This document shows positions 9,490-19,498 of a stretch of DNA of 51,788 nucleotides, piece by piece. The stretch lies in the IMG/VR virus record IMGVR_UViG_3300044840_000008, positions 1 to 51,788 of that record. One strand, 5' to 3'. Each line of letters starts with the position of its first letter. The stretch's first letter is position 1. The translations under genes and the position numbers were made by a program. The notes under the pieces are model-generated. The model saw only the letters and a list, made by a program, of their open reading frames with translations. It made no database searches and was not told where the DNA came from. This DNA is from a virus. Lineage: Duplodnaviria > Caudoviricetes.

Positions 9490-9907
9490 TCTGTTGGAGG
9501 AGTCCGCGGCCGACGTCGAAGAACTACTCATTGTGTGGTTGACACCGTTGGGGCCGACCGCGTTCCGCAAAGCCGCTACCGATGACTTGTCGGACCTACC
9601 GTTCCGGGTGGTTCGAAGGATCGCCGGCGCTGAGGACGAATGCGAATCCCTGGACTCCCCAATCGTGTCTGTCCACACGTTCTGTGACGCGTCCGATCCC
9701 GATGAGGCGATGGACGAGTGCAAGAGGACTCACAAGCGAATGATGCTGCTTGCGCGGGAGCTTCCCGAGATCGTCTTGGCTGATGGCCGCCAGGCGTGTG
9801 TCGAATCTGTTGAGTGCGTTGAGAAGCCGACGTGGGTGGATTACACCGACGAGATTTTGCGCAAAGTTGGCCGGTATCAACTCGGCCTCACCATCGTCGC
9901 GGAATAG
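9479..9907 (+). CDS. Tail terminator
   Basis: DVEELLIVWL, LPFRVVRRIAG, VSVHTF, RKVGRY; precedes the major tail gene. Confidence 0.8.
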   Translation: MTVDLLEESAADVEELLIVWLTPLGPTAFRKAATDDLSDLPFRVVRRIAGAEDECESLDSPIVSVHTFCDASDPDEAMDECKRTHKRMMLLARELPEIVLADGRQACVESVECVEKPTWVDYTDEILRKVGRYQLGLTIVAE

Positions 9908-10007
9908 CCCCCCGCGCAGCCCCCCAATGGGGCACCTGATCTAGCCCAACCCAACCGCCGGGATGACCTTCCGGTTATTTCACCATCCCCGAAAGGAAGC
10001 CACAGAC

Positions 10008-11081
10008 ATGGCGATTCCCTCAACCGGCACGACCTGGAAGTCCGGCGGCTTCAACGACGTCGACAGCAGCTTCCTTGAGCGTGGCGGCAAGATGGCGGCG
10101 TTCTGCCGTCAGGCGCAAGGCGCGGCCACGAACCTTTCGCCGCACTCCGATTCGGCCGGCACCGTGAACTGGGCGCCGTTCGCCGCTGACGGACAGTTGC
10201 GCGACGACCTGTTCGCCTTTATCAAGTCCGGCGGGTACTGGATTCCGAATCCCACAGACAACGAGGGCTTCCACCTGTTGGGTGCGTTCAAGGAAGGCGA
10301 TGGGCCGACCGTCAAGTCCGACTCCAGCGACGACGACTACATGATCGAACAAAGCAACTTCCCGTTCGACTCGGACCGGGTGAAGGACGACATCCCCTTC
10401 ACTCTCACCCCGGTGGAGACGCTGAAGCCAGTTCTCCGTCGTATCCGCAACGGGCTGCCGTTGGTCAATGCCAACGGCGACAACTTGGTGGAGTACCCCG
10501 GGCAGGCGAACACCATCTACGTCACCCCGCTGGATTACACGCCGATCAACTACCAGTTCCTTCTGCTGCGGGAGTTCAACAAGCCGTCGGGGAAGATCCA
10601 AACCGTCAAGGCGTACGACTTGGTGAAGATCAACAAGATCGGCGATTCGAAGTTCGGCAAGAAGGACGCCGAAGCCGCCGAGCTCACGTGCAAGCCCCTC
10701 CCTTCGGGGTTCTTCATGGGTGTTCAGGACGGCGAGTACCAGCCGATCATCAAGGCGGAGTGGATCGGTGGCCCCGGATACGCGGCCCTGTACGGGTCGC
10801 CTACGCATCAGTTCACCGTCACGTTGGGCACGCAGTCCAGCGGTACGTTCACCCTGACCTACGGCGGCCTGACGACGGCGACGATCGCGTTCGGCGCTGC
10901 CGCTTCCGCAGTGAAATCGGCCCTGGTGCTGCTGGATGACGGGTTCGACGCTTCCGACTGGACCGTCGCCGGTTCCACGGGCGGCCCGTACACGGTGACT
11001 GTTCCCGTCATCGGGACCACGTTGTCGGGTTCGGGTGCCTCGCTGGGTACGCCGGGCACGTTCGTCATCGCCCCCGTTTAA
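10008..11081 (+). CDS. Major tail protein with C-terminal Ig-like domain
   Basis: GAAAGGA RBS; N-terminus of mycobacteriophage type; C-terminal GTFTLTYGG...GGPYTVT domain; followed by tail chaperones. Confidence 0.85.
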   Translation: MAIPSTGTTWKSGGFNDVDSSFLERGGKMAAFCRQAQGAATNLSPHSDSAGTVNWAPFAADGQLRDDLFAFIKSGGYWIPNPTDNEGFHLLGAFKEGDGPTVKSDSSDDDYMIEQSNFPFDSDRVKDDIPFTLTPVETLKPVLRRIRNGLPLVNANGDNLVEYPGQANTIYVTPLDYTPINYQFLLLREFNKPSGKIQTVKAYDLVKINKIGDSKFGKKDAEAAELTCKPLPSGFFMGVQDGEYQPIIKAEWIGGPGYAALYGSPTHQFTVTLGTQSSGTFTLTYGGLTTATIAFGAAASAVKSALVLLDDGFDASDWTVAGSTGGPYTVTVPVIGTTLSGSGASLGTPGTFVIAPV

Positions 11082-11084
11082 CAG

Positions 11085-11128
11085 AGACCCCGGCGGGGTG
11101 CGTTGGGCTAGCGCATCCCGTCGGGTCT
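11085..11128 (+). terminator. GC-rich imperfect hairpin after the major tail gene
   Basis: AGACCCCGGCGGGGTGCG...GCGCATCCCGTCGGGTCT pairs with G-U wobbles. Confidence 0.5.
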
Positions 11129-11159
11129 AGCCCTCTAGCCCACTGAAAGGTAGCCCACC

Positions 11160-11708
11160 ATGTCTCAACCCGTTCTCGACGATGACGAACCGAAACTGCC
11201 TCCCGTATCAGTGGAGGCGGAAGATGCTGCGCGGGAACAACTCGCGGAGTACTTCGGGTTCGCCCGGCACGCCTACATCACTGCTGGTGGTGAACGGTTC
11301 GAGATCACGAACCAGAACCTGCTTTCGGAAGAGCAGCAGGAGCGGTACGACGAAGTTCAGGCCGAGCTCCGGACTTTGGACCATGAAACGGTGGTGATCC
11401 GCAACGCGATCACCAACGAGGTGGTGGTGGATCCGAAGACGGGCGAACCTCTGACGGATCGGGTGTTGATCGAACCGCACACGAAAGATGGTGTGTTGGT
11501 GAAGCCCACGTATTGGTCGCGGGTCCTTCGGGCGATCATCGGTGAGGACGCGCATGGGCGGTTCATTGCCAAGGGTGGCCGGTCGTCTGAGTTCCGGCTG
11601 GTGTGGTCGAGGATGACCAGGGAGATGTTGGAGCGCGCAGCCGAAGACTCGAAAAGTAAAGATAGCTCTCGAGATATGGCGAAGGTGGCCAACCGAAATC
11701 GAGGTTGA
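11160..11708 (+). CDS. Tail assembly chaperone (short form)
   Basis: Between major tail and tape measure; DSKS at the putative shift site TCGAAAAGT. Confidence 0.85.
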   Translation: MSQPVLDDDEPKLPPVSVEAEDAAREQLAEYFGFARHAYITAGGERFEITNQNLLSEEQQERYDEVQAELRTLDHETVVIRNAITNEVVVDPKTGEPLTDRVLIEPHTKDGVLVKPTYWSRVLRAIIGEDAHGRFIAKGGRSSEFRLVWSRMTREMLERAAEDSKSKDSSRDMAKVANRNRG

Positions 11709-12090
11709 CCTCGACAATGCGCCTGCCTTGTACAGCCTTGCTGATTGGTTGCAGGGCACCCGTGATGAGCACGGTCGACTGAAGTTGTCGTCGCGGAAGT
11801 TGTTGGTGTTCCTCGAGCGGTCCCGGGATTCTTCGGAGTACCACAAGTGGGCACTGAGGAACGGTGACCTCACCCACGATCAGGATGTTGCACGGAAGAT
11901 GCACAACCTGATCGGGAAGCTTACCGCTTCTTACCTTTCCGCGCATGGCGTTGAGGGTGAAGACGCCTTGTATTACCCGGTGGAGTCACGGATCGAGTAT
12001 GTGCAGCGGTGGCTCGCCGCGGAAGCCGATTTCCTGGAAAACGAAGCCGATGCAGAGCCGGACATCATCGGCAGCCTGTTCGGTAACTAG
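11653..12090 (+). CDS. Tail assembly chaperone, frameshifted C-terminal extension
   Basis: +1 frame open from the A-run: KVKIALEIWRRWPTEIEVDL...LSSRKLLVFLE; no strong RBS for the internal TTG11728. Confidence 0.75.
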   Translation, partial: KVKIALEIWRRWPTEIEVDLDNAPALYSLADWLQGTRDEHGRLKLSSRKLLVFLERSRDSSEYHKWALRNGDLTHDQDVARKMHNLIGKLTASYLSAHGVEGEDALYYPVESRIEYVQRWLAAEADFLENEADAEPDIIGSLFGN

Positions 12091-12107
12091 CCCAAAGGAG
12101 GTGTCTC

Positions 12108-15100
12108 ATTTCAGTTTTCATTGACGTCAAGTCAAGATTTGATGACGCCTCTGGGAAGAAAGCCGCTGAGGAAGCAAAGGCGTATTTCGCCAACGCGGGT
12201 ACTTCGGCTGGTAATGACTTCTCTGGGAACTTCGCGAAAGCTGTTGAGAGCGATGGGAAGATCCGTGCTGCCGCGGACAAGGTCGCAGATTCGCTGGACA
12301 AGATCACCGCTGCCGAGGCGAAGCGTGCCACGCAGATGGAGAAGTCGAAGGCCGTCAATGAGGCCATCACGAAGGCTGAGGCGGACCTCGTCAAGCTCCG
12401 CGGTGTGGATCATGTCAAGGCCGCTGAAGAGATTCTGAGTCTAGAGAAGAGCCTCGGTGATCTTCGGCAGAAGAGCATCGATATCGACAACAAGCTGGTC
12501 GTGTCGTCCGCTGCTGTTACTCGGGCCAATCGCGATAAGGCTAGGGCCGTCAGTGAAGCCGGAGACGCCTATCGGAAGATGGGCAACGACGCCGACGATG
12601 CGGGCAAGAAGCTCGACGAGTTGAAGTCGAAGCTGTCCGGTATTGGTGACGGTGGGGCTGGGTTCGCGAAACTGAACCTCGGACTCACCGGCATCGGCCT
12701 CCTTCCGGCTGCGGCTACTGCCATAACTGAAGTCGCCGGGGCCTTGAACCAGTTGGCCGGCGCCGGGTTCGCGGTTCCGGGGATCTTCGCGGGCATCGCC
12801 TCCTCTGTGGGTGTTGGTGCTTTGGGTATGCACGGTATGTCGGATGCCATCAAGGCCGTCGATAAAGCATCCGACGGGACGAAGTCCTCGGTGGAGGCGG
12901 CGAACAAAGCCCTGGCCGGACTGGACCCGACCGCGGCTGGTGTGGTGAAGACCGTCGTCGGGCTGAAGGGGACGCTCACTGATCTGGAGCACCTCTCCGC
13001 GGGGAACATGTTCGCTGGGGTGTCGAATGACCTGAAGGGCCTTGCCGCAGCGGATCTCCCCGCTGCGACCCGAGGTGTCGACGGTCTTTCGAAGGCGTTG
13101 AATCAGAACCTCCGCGAGGCGATCCGCTCGTTGGGGACTAGTTCGTCTCAGGGGTTCTTGGATCGGATCTTCGGGAACACGGCGGACGCGCAGTCGAAAC
13201 TCACGCAGGCTATTAACCCCATCGTTCATGCGGTGGGGGAGCTTAGTGCTGTCGGCTCGGATTCGCTACCGCGCTTGGCTACGGACATCGGGAACATCGC
13301 GGACAGGTTCGACCGGTTCATCTCCGCTGCTGACTCCAGCGGCAAGTTGGACAAGTGGATCAACGACGGCATCACCGGATTCGAACAACTCGGCAACACC
13401 GTCTTGAACATCGGCAAGTCTTTCGAGTCGGTCGTTCAAGCGGCTGGCGGCGGGACCGGTTTGTTGGGGACGTTGGAGTCGGCCTCGCAAAGGTTGGCGA
13501 CGTTCCTCGACTCGGCGAACGGGCAGCAGACACTCTCACGGTTCTTCGCAGAGGGTCGGGACACGTTGGGGCAGTTGAAGGACATAGCCGTCCAGGCGGG
13601 TCCGATCCTGGCTGGGGTGTTCCAATCTGGCCTGGCCGCGGCACACCTGTGGCTACCGGTCATCAAAGACGTCCTGCAGACCATCAACTCCATTCCTGGT
13701 GGCGCTCAGGCGGTTGTGGGTGCGTTCGCGGCGTGGGAGTCCATCAAGGGTGTTGCGTCCCTGGCGACTTCGCTGAACGGGATTGCGAACATTCTGAAGT
13801 TGATTCTCCCCGAGGCGGCTACGGCTGGTGCTGGTGGTATCAGCGCCGCGCTCGCAGGGATCACGCTTCCGGCGTGGATGGCGTCGCTCATGGCGGTTGC
13901 GGGACCGGCGGCTGTGGTCGCGGTGGCCGCTGGCGGCGGAATAGCGCTTGGACAGTGGTCAGACCCTGAAGGCAAGACCAACGAGATCGTCGCCACCGGT
14001 AGGGGTGGTCGTGGTGCGAACGCTGGGGCATTAGCCCGCGGTGGGTTCGGTTCGGCCCCCACGCCTTCGCCCGGCTATAGCGGTGGCTATAGCGGTGGTG
14101 GTGGAAGTTTCGACATCGACGGGAGACGACCAGCCCCGGGGTACGAGGGGTTCCTGAATCCGAACTGGAAGCCTGTACTCGACACCGCCCCTGGTGGCCC
14201 GGGGACGTTCCGCCGCCGTGACGGCAGCCTCGGAACCCTCCCATCGAAGGACGGCGCCATTCCGGGGACGCCCGGGGTGAGTTCCTACACCGACCCCGCC
14301 ATCACATCAGGTGGTGGGAGTGGTGCGGCTGGTACTCCGTTCATCGACCCGTCGAAGTACATGGCGGGCGACCCGCTGGCTGGGATGCCCGCTGCGGTCG
14401 CGGGTTCGGACCCGCAGAAGGTGTTCGAAGCCGACAGTGCGCTCATCACGAACACGCATGACCTGGAGCAGAAGAAACTCGCCCTGCAGGTGTTGGAGGC
14501 CAAGGGCACTGCCACCCAACAGGAATTGTTGACGGCGAAGAACGATCTGCAGGAGAAGGAACGCTCCCTGTATGACGCGCAGGCCAAGGACATCGCCGCG
14601 CGTACCAATCAGATGAAGCAGTCCACCCAGGACCTCAAAGACGTGTTCGCGCCGATGGATCAGGACTTCGGACTGTCCAAGGGCATTCCGGGGTTGGTGG
14701 AGAACCTGACGAAGCTGTTCGGGAACATTGCCCTCGCCGGGACGATCGCCAAGTCACCCACGTTGCAGGCTGCTGCGGCATCGCTGATGGCCCCGCAAGG
14801 ATCGGGTAGCGGCACGGCATCCGGCCCAGGCTATGGATACGGATCCGGCGGCGGCGGTGCTGGTTTCGCGAACCCGAACGTCAACGCGATGATCGCAACG
14901 GCTCAGGCCGGTAGCGGCGGGAAGTACGGTGCCGCATCGGACCTCGCCAACGGTCTATCCGATTGCTCGGGTGCGGTCTCGGACCTGTATGAGGTTCTCA
15001 AGGACGGCCAGTCCACTCCAGCCCGTGATTTCACCACCGCCGACTTCGCCACACCAGCAGGTGCCGCGAAACTGGGATTCCAGCCCGGCTACATGCCAGG

Positions 15101-15953
15101 GGCTTTCAACGTCGGCGTTCATCAGGGCGGCCCCGGCGGCGGTCACATGGCGGCAACACTGCCCAACGGCGTCAACTTCGAATCCGGCGGCGGGACAGGC
15201 CAAGGCGCAACCTACGGCGGCAACGCGGCTGGCGCGCTCAACCCTGAGTTCGAAAGCCAGTATTACATCCCCGTCGGTGGCGCTCCTGCAGCTTCTGCGA
15301 TCGGTCCGACACCCATTGGTGGGGGTGTCGGGCCGAACCTCTATTCCCCGGCGAATACCAGCCCCGGGCTCAGCAATCCTGCGGCTCCACTGCCCACCGG
15401 GGGCGGTATGGGCGGCGGCCTGGGTCTCAATGCCCCGCAATCGGGTATTGGTGGTTTCAACACCGGTGTCCAACCGGCTGCGAACCCCGGCGGTGGGGGG
15501 ATCGGCATCACCCCCGGAGGAACCCTCGACTCTGCGCTGACCGCAGCAGCGTCGATCATGCCCGGTGGCGGAGCAGCTGCGCAGGTCGCCATCAAGGAAG
15601 CATCGCGTGCCATCCAATTCGCTGGCCAGGCCGCCAGTATCGGCGTTTCCGGTCTCATGGAGACTGTTCTCCCAGCCGGTTCCCCTCTCGCCGCCAATTC
15701 GTGGTTCTCGAAGATCGCTGGCGGCCTGGCCGGTGCCCGCCCCGCATCCCCCAACAAGGCGGGCGGACCCAACGGCGGGCAACCCGGGCAAGCAGCACCA
15801 CCCATGGGCACCCCAGCCAGTGGGCAGGGCGCAGGCCCCGCACCGGGTCCGGGTGTGACGGTGAACTACACCAACAACCAAGCCACCGAAGACCGCGCAG
15901 GCGCCGACCTAACCTCGCATCTGACGGCGATGAACTCCGGGGTCGGTCACTGA
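12108..15953 (+). CDS. Tape measure protein (probable ATT start, 1281 aa)
   Basis: Longest ORF, Ala/Gly-rich; frame open from 12087; AAGGAGGT 5 nt before ATT12108; first in-frame ATG is 12336; DCSG...GH...E domain near the C-terminus. Confidence 0.92.
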   Translation: MSVFIDVKSRFDDASGKKAAEEAKAYFANAGTSAGNDFSGNFAKAVESDGKIRAAADKVADSLDKITAAEAKRATQMEKSKAVNEAITKAEADLVKLRGVDHVKAAEEILSLEKSLGDLRQKSIDIDNKLVVSSAAVTRANRDKARAVSEAGDAYRKMGNDADDAGKKLDELKSKLSGIGDGGAGFAKLNLGLTGIGLLPAAATAITEVAGALNQLAGAGFAVPGIFAGIASSVGVGALGMHGMSDAIKAVDKASDGTKSSVEAANKALAGLDPTAAGVVKTVVGLKGTLTDLEHLSAGNMFAGVSNDLKGLAAADLPAATRGVDGLSKALNQNLREAIRSLGTSSSQGFLDRIFGNTADAQSKLTQAINPIVHAVGELSAVGSDSLPRLATDIGNIADRFDRFISAADSSGKLDKWINDGITGFEQLGNTVLNIGKSFESVVQAAGGGTGLLGTLESASQRLATFLDSANGQQTLSRFFAEGRDTLGQLKDIAVQAGPILAGVFQSGLAAAHLWLPVIKDVLQTINSIPGGAQAVVGAFAAWESIKGVASLATSLNGIANILKLILPEAATAGAGGISAALAGITLPAWMASLMAVAGPAAVVAVAAGGGIALGQWSDPEGKTNEIVATGRGGRGANAGALARGGFGSAPTPSPGYSGGYSGGGGSFDIDGRRPAPGYEGFLNPNWKPVLDTAPGGPGTFRRRDGSLGTLPSKDGAIPGTPGVSSYTDPAITSGGGSGAAGTPFIDPSKYMAGDPLAGMPAAVAGSDPQKVFEADSALITNTHDLEQKKLALQVLEAKGTATQQELLTAKNDLQEKERSLYDAQAKDIAARTNQMKQSTQDLKDVFAPMDQDFGLSKGIPGLVENLTKLFGNIALAGTIAKSPTLQAAAASLMAPQGSGSGTASGPGYGYGSGGGGAGFANPNVNAMIATAQAGSGGKYGAASDLANGLSDCSGAVSDLYEVLKDGQSTPARDFTTADFATPAGAAKLGFQPGYMPGAFNVGVHQGGPGGGHMAATLPNGVNFESGGGTGQGATYGGNAAGALNPEFESQYYIPVGGAPAASAIGPTPIGGGVGPNLYSPANTSPGLSNPAAPLPTGGGMGGGLGLNAPQSGIGGFNTGVQPAANPGGGGIGITPGGTLDSALTAAASIMPGGGAAAQVAIKEASRAIQFAGQAASIGVSGLMETVLPAGSPLAANSWFSKIAGGLAGARPASPNKAGGPNGGQPGQAAPPMGTPASGQGAGPAPGPGVTVNYTNNQATEDRAGADLTSHLTAMNSGVGH

Positions 15954-17644
15954 TGATCCGCTACCCCAAAGGCCTAGTCCCGCATGGCGCCTACCAACTG
16001 TTGAAGGGCACGCACGCCAACCTGTCCCTCTCCGCCCATGACGACTCGGTCCTGTTCAACCTCATGGGCGGTTTGGCTCTCCCTGACTACACGCAACCCG
16101 AATCAGTCACGTTGAAGAAGGGCGGGTTGAAGGGGCTGATCCCGCCGTGGCAGACCATCGACCACAAAGGTGCCACGGAGGACGGGACGACGTTCGTCAC
16201 CGCCCTCTATGACCCCATCGAAGTCGACATGACCGTCGTTGCGCGGGGTCGGGACGCGAAGCACACCCGCAGGGTCGTCAAGGATCTCATCGCCTCAATC
16301 GATGCGAAGAAGCAGTCCGAGCTGGCTTTCACCACTCAGGATGGCGGCCGGTGGTGGGCGCCCATCCGCTGGTTCAAAACCCCACCAAACACGTATGAGG
16401 GTGCGCAGCGCCGCCGCCAAGAACTCACCCTGAGACTTAGGGCCGACAACGGGTTTTGGCGCACGTTCGACGACGTCAGTGCTTTCCAGTTCGCCTACGA
16501 AGACATGACGGACACGTTCACCACCGACTACTCAGGTGACCACGACTTGGGACCGAACTGGCCGCAGCACTACACCGGCACCGGGTTGGGATACTGCACG
16601 TCGAATGGTGACCACGCCTACTGGGTCGACGGCGCCAACACCACATCCAGGGAAGTCGTCAACGGCCCCTACAAAGACTTCGCCACTGACACCGACAACC
16701 AGGTCATCAACATCGTCACGGGTTCCATCCCGGAGATCACCTTCCCAGACGGTGCGGAGAACCACATTTGGGGACGGATGGGCGTCTCCAGTGGGGCGTG
16801 GGACGGCAACGGCATCAAGCTGCAAATCGGCTGGGGCACAATGGTCCTGTCCCGGTTCAACGCTTTCACCGAGACGGTGATGCGGACGTGGATAGAGGTC
16901 ATCCCACCACTGCCGGGGGAGAAGTTCACCCTGGTCTGCGGGTTCGACGGAAACCCCCGCCTGTTCAAGGTCCTGCGCAACGGCGCCGAACTCCATTCGT
17001 TCGTCGAGACCGGTACCGGCTCAGCCCTTGGATCCGCTTATCGGGGGATCGGGTTCGGGATGCGGGCCGGCGCCGCCCTGATCACCCAGGCCACCCCGGG
17101 GATCGTGAGGAAGGTTTCCGCCGGCGACAACTCGATCGTCACCCAGTCCGGATACCTCACCCGGTTGAACATTGGTGATCAGCCGCTGCGCGACCGGTAC
17201 ACCTTCTACGGGCCGGGAACCTTCACCATCGCCAACGGTCCCGGGGCTAGTGATTCGGTGACGTTCGGGCCGTTGCTGGCGAATCAGATCGTCCAGATAC
17301 GCACGGACAACCGGAAGATGACCGTCGTCGACCTCACGTCGACTCCTCCGACTCCGCAGGACCTGACCCTGTTCCAGGAAGCGCTGAAGGACCTGCTGGA
17401 CTTCGCCTCCGGCAACAATGTCCCACCGCTGTTCGTGGCGATCGAGTCGGTTTTCGGTATCGCCCCACCGCAGGGGAACCTGTACTCCCTACTCAAGGGG
17501 AGGTTCTCTGAGGCGGCGGCCATCCCCCCGAAATCGCCTGGCGCACCAGCTGCGCCGTACTCGGTGGCGGTATCCATCGCGGGCGGCAACGCCAACTCCC
17601 GGGTCCTGGCCGCGGGAACGCCCTTAAGGCGATACCCCCACTAA
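15953..17644 (+). CDS. Minor tail protein (distal tail-like)
   Basis: TGATG coupling to tape measure; LKGLIPPWQTIDHKGATEDG, RWWAPIRW, GTPLRRYP. Confidence 0.85.
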   Translation: MIRYPKGLVPHGAYQLLKGTHANLSLSAHDDSVLFNLMGGLALPDYTQPESVTLKKGGLKGLIPPWQTIDHKGATEDGTTFVTALYDPIEVDMTVVARGRDAKHTRRVVKDLIASIDAKKQSELAFTTQDGGRWWAPIRWFKTPPNTYEGAQRRRQELTLRLRADNGFWRTFDDVSAFQFAYEDMTDTFTTDYSGDHDLGPNWPQHYTGTGLGYCTSNGDHAYWVDGANTTSREVVNGPYKDFATDTDNQVINIVTGSIPEITFPDGAENHIWGRMGVSSGAWDGNGIKLQIGWGTMVLSRFNAFTETVMRTWIEVIPPLPGEKFTLVCGFDGNPRLFKVLRNGAELHSFVETGTGSALGSAYRGIGFGMRAGAALITQATPGIVRKVSAGDNSIVTQSGYLTRLNIGDQPLRDRYTFYGPGTFTIANGPGASDSVTFGPLLANQIVQIRTDNRKMTVVDLTSTPPTPQDLTLFQEALKDLLDFASGNNVPPLFVAIESVFGIAPPQGNLYSLLKGRFSEAAAIPPKSPGAPAAPYSVAVSIAGGNANSRVLAAGTPLRRYPH

Positions 17645-17802
17645 TGATTGTCATCAACGTCGTCCCCGGATCGGTGACGACCGGTTTGTGGTGCCCGAAA
17701 TGCCTACTCCCCAGCCGGTATGAGACGAACCTCTATCTGCTGTTCGAGAGCGGCCCGCACTGCATAGGTCCGGCTAGCCGCTGCGACGGGTGCGCATCGT
17801 GA
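17644..17802 (+). CDS. 52-aa CxxC...CxxC microprotein (not in the ORF track)
   Basis: TAATG and GTGA coupling on both sides; MIVINVVPGSVTTGLWCPKCLLPS...RCDGCAS. Confidence 0.55.
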   Translation: MIVINVVPGSVTTGLWCPKCLLPSRYETNLYLLFESGPHCIGPASRCDGCAS

Positions 17803-19490
17803 CGTCCACGGAGATCGTCCGCTGGCAGTCCGAACTCCAAGGGTCCGACCCCTACCGTGCCGCTATCGCTGCCGAACGCCTCGCCGACGTCAAGGACAAC
17901 ATCGACCAGGACTTCGTGTTCCGGGTGTTCGACAAACTCTGGAGACAGGTCGACGAGCTCGGCGGCGACCTCATGGACGGGTCGGGAACCATCCCGCGCA
18001 ACGACAAGCCGACCGCCATGTTGAAGGTCAAGGGCGAATCGAATCTCATCGAAACGCTGATGGACTGCCGGTCGACGATGGTCGGCGTCACGATGGAAAC
18101 CGAGGGCATTCGGCAGGCGTACTACGTCGACACTCACGAATACAACTATGACAAGGCGTCGTGGACTGGGACCGCGAATTGCTTTGGCATCTACGATATT
18201 TTGTTCTACCTGCAAATCTGGCCTGAGTGGTTCCTGCCTATCCAAGTGCAGCCTGTTTCCCATGCCGTATTTATTGGTCCCCTGGTCACTGTTGTAGAGA
18301 ACATGATCGCCGAGTGCGCGATCCGCATCCAGTCGGGGTTGTGGGAGTTCGTCAACAACGCGGCCTCGTTGAACCCGGACATCCGGGCCTGGTTCGGCAC
18401 CCTGCTGCAGTCCAACGGGAACATCTTCGAGGCGTTGAAAACCCCCCTGTATGTGGTGATGTCCAACCCCTTGCTGGACGGTTCCCCGTTGGTGGCGAAG
18501 ACGGTACGGATGCAGTCCTGCGGCGAAGTCATCAAGGAGTTGACTGCACCGTACGGGGTGGACGTCCGGGTGGACTTGTGGCTGCCGGGGGATGACCAGC
18601 CCGACGCCTGGGCCAACCTCGACCAACCCACCTATGTGGTGACGGTCAAGGACCGCAGCCAGATCGAGGGGCCGACGAAGACGATCCTCGACTCAGTTCT
18701 ACGGACCGTCGTCGACCTGGGCGGCTCGTTGGGGGACTTGTTCCAGCCGGTCATCACCGACGTTCCCGGGATGAACGGCGTCTACCAGGCACCCATCCTG
18801 GGGCTGAACTTCGTTGCCCCCTACGCGATTCTGATCGCCCCAGACGCGGGGACCGACGATAAATCCTCTTTGGTGTCGTGCAAGATCATCGACCACACCC
18901 CCAAGGGCTGGCAGCACATCATCGGCGGCAAATCCCCGAAGTGGCTCAACGACCTCATCAACGCCACCCTGTCCTGGCTCATCGACTCCATCTCGATAGT
19001 CATTGGCATCACAGGGATTCCGTCGAATCTGCTGGACGGTTTCCTCAACGACGCCTTCCTCGCATTCCAGTTGATCGAACTGTACGACCGGCGCAATCAG
19101 GTCGGCCCCTACCACCCGAACATTGAACGGTTCACTGCTACGGGTTCTGCCCCGTACAACATCGAGGCCCTCTTCTCCTTCATTGACGCAATTTGGGCGA
19201 GCCGCGGATACACAAGCGCCCTCGCAACTTTCAGGAATGGGGACGTCTACCGGTTGGGGAAGGACATCTTCCCCGGCGGTCTCGTCTCCATCGTCTACAT
19301 GGGTCGGAAGTTTCTGTTCACCGACTACATCGAAAACATCATGTGGAAGATTTCCCCGACTGAGCGGGACGTGATCATCCAGGTCGGTGATGGGAAGGCC
19401 GATGCCCCACCGCTAGCCAGATTCCAAGCCTTAATTACGGGTCTTCAGGAGAGCTTCAACGTCCTGACGCTAAGCCCGAACAACGGATAG
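17799..19490 (+). CDS. Minor tail protein (baseplate hub-like)
   Basis: WFLPIQVQP, LWLPGDDQPD, GGKSPKWLN motifs; GTG17799 overlaps the previous stop. Confidence 0.85.
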   Translation: MTSTEIVRWQSELQGSDPYRAAIAAERLADVKDNIDQDFVFRVFDKLWRQVDELGGDLMDGSGTIPRNDKPTAMLKVKGESNLIETLMDCRSTMVGVTMETEGIRQAYYVDTHEYNYDKASWTGTANCFGIYDILFYLQIWPEWFLPIQVQPVSHAVFIGPLVTVVENMIAECAIRIQSGLWEFVNNAASLNPDIRAWFGTLLQSNGNIFEALKTPLYVVMSNPLLDGSPLVAKTVRMQSCGEVIKELTAPYGVDVRVDLWLPGDDQPDAWANLDQPTYVVTVKDRSQIEGPTKTILDSVLRTVVDLGGSLGDLFQPVITDVPGMNGVYQAPILGLNFVAPYAILIAPDAGTDDKSSLVSCKIIDHTPKGWQHIIGGKSPKWLNDLINATLSWLIDSISIVIGITGIPSNLLDGFLNDAFLAFQLIELYDRRNQVGPYHPNIERFTATGSAPYNIEALFSFIDAIWASRGYTSALATFRNGDVYRLGKDIFPGGLVSIVYMGRKFLFTDYIENIMWKISPTERDVIIQVGDGKADAPPLARFQALITGLQESFNVLTLSPNNG

Positions 19491-19498
19491 GAGACCTT

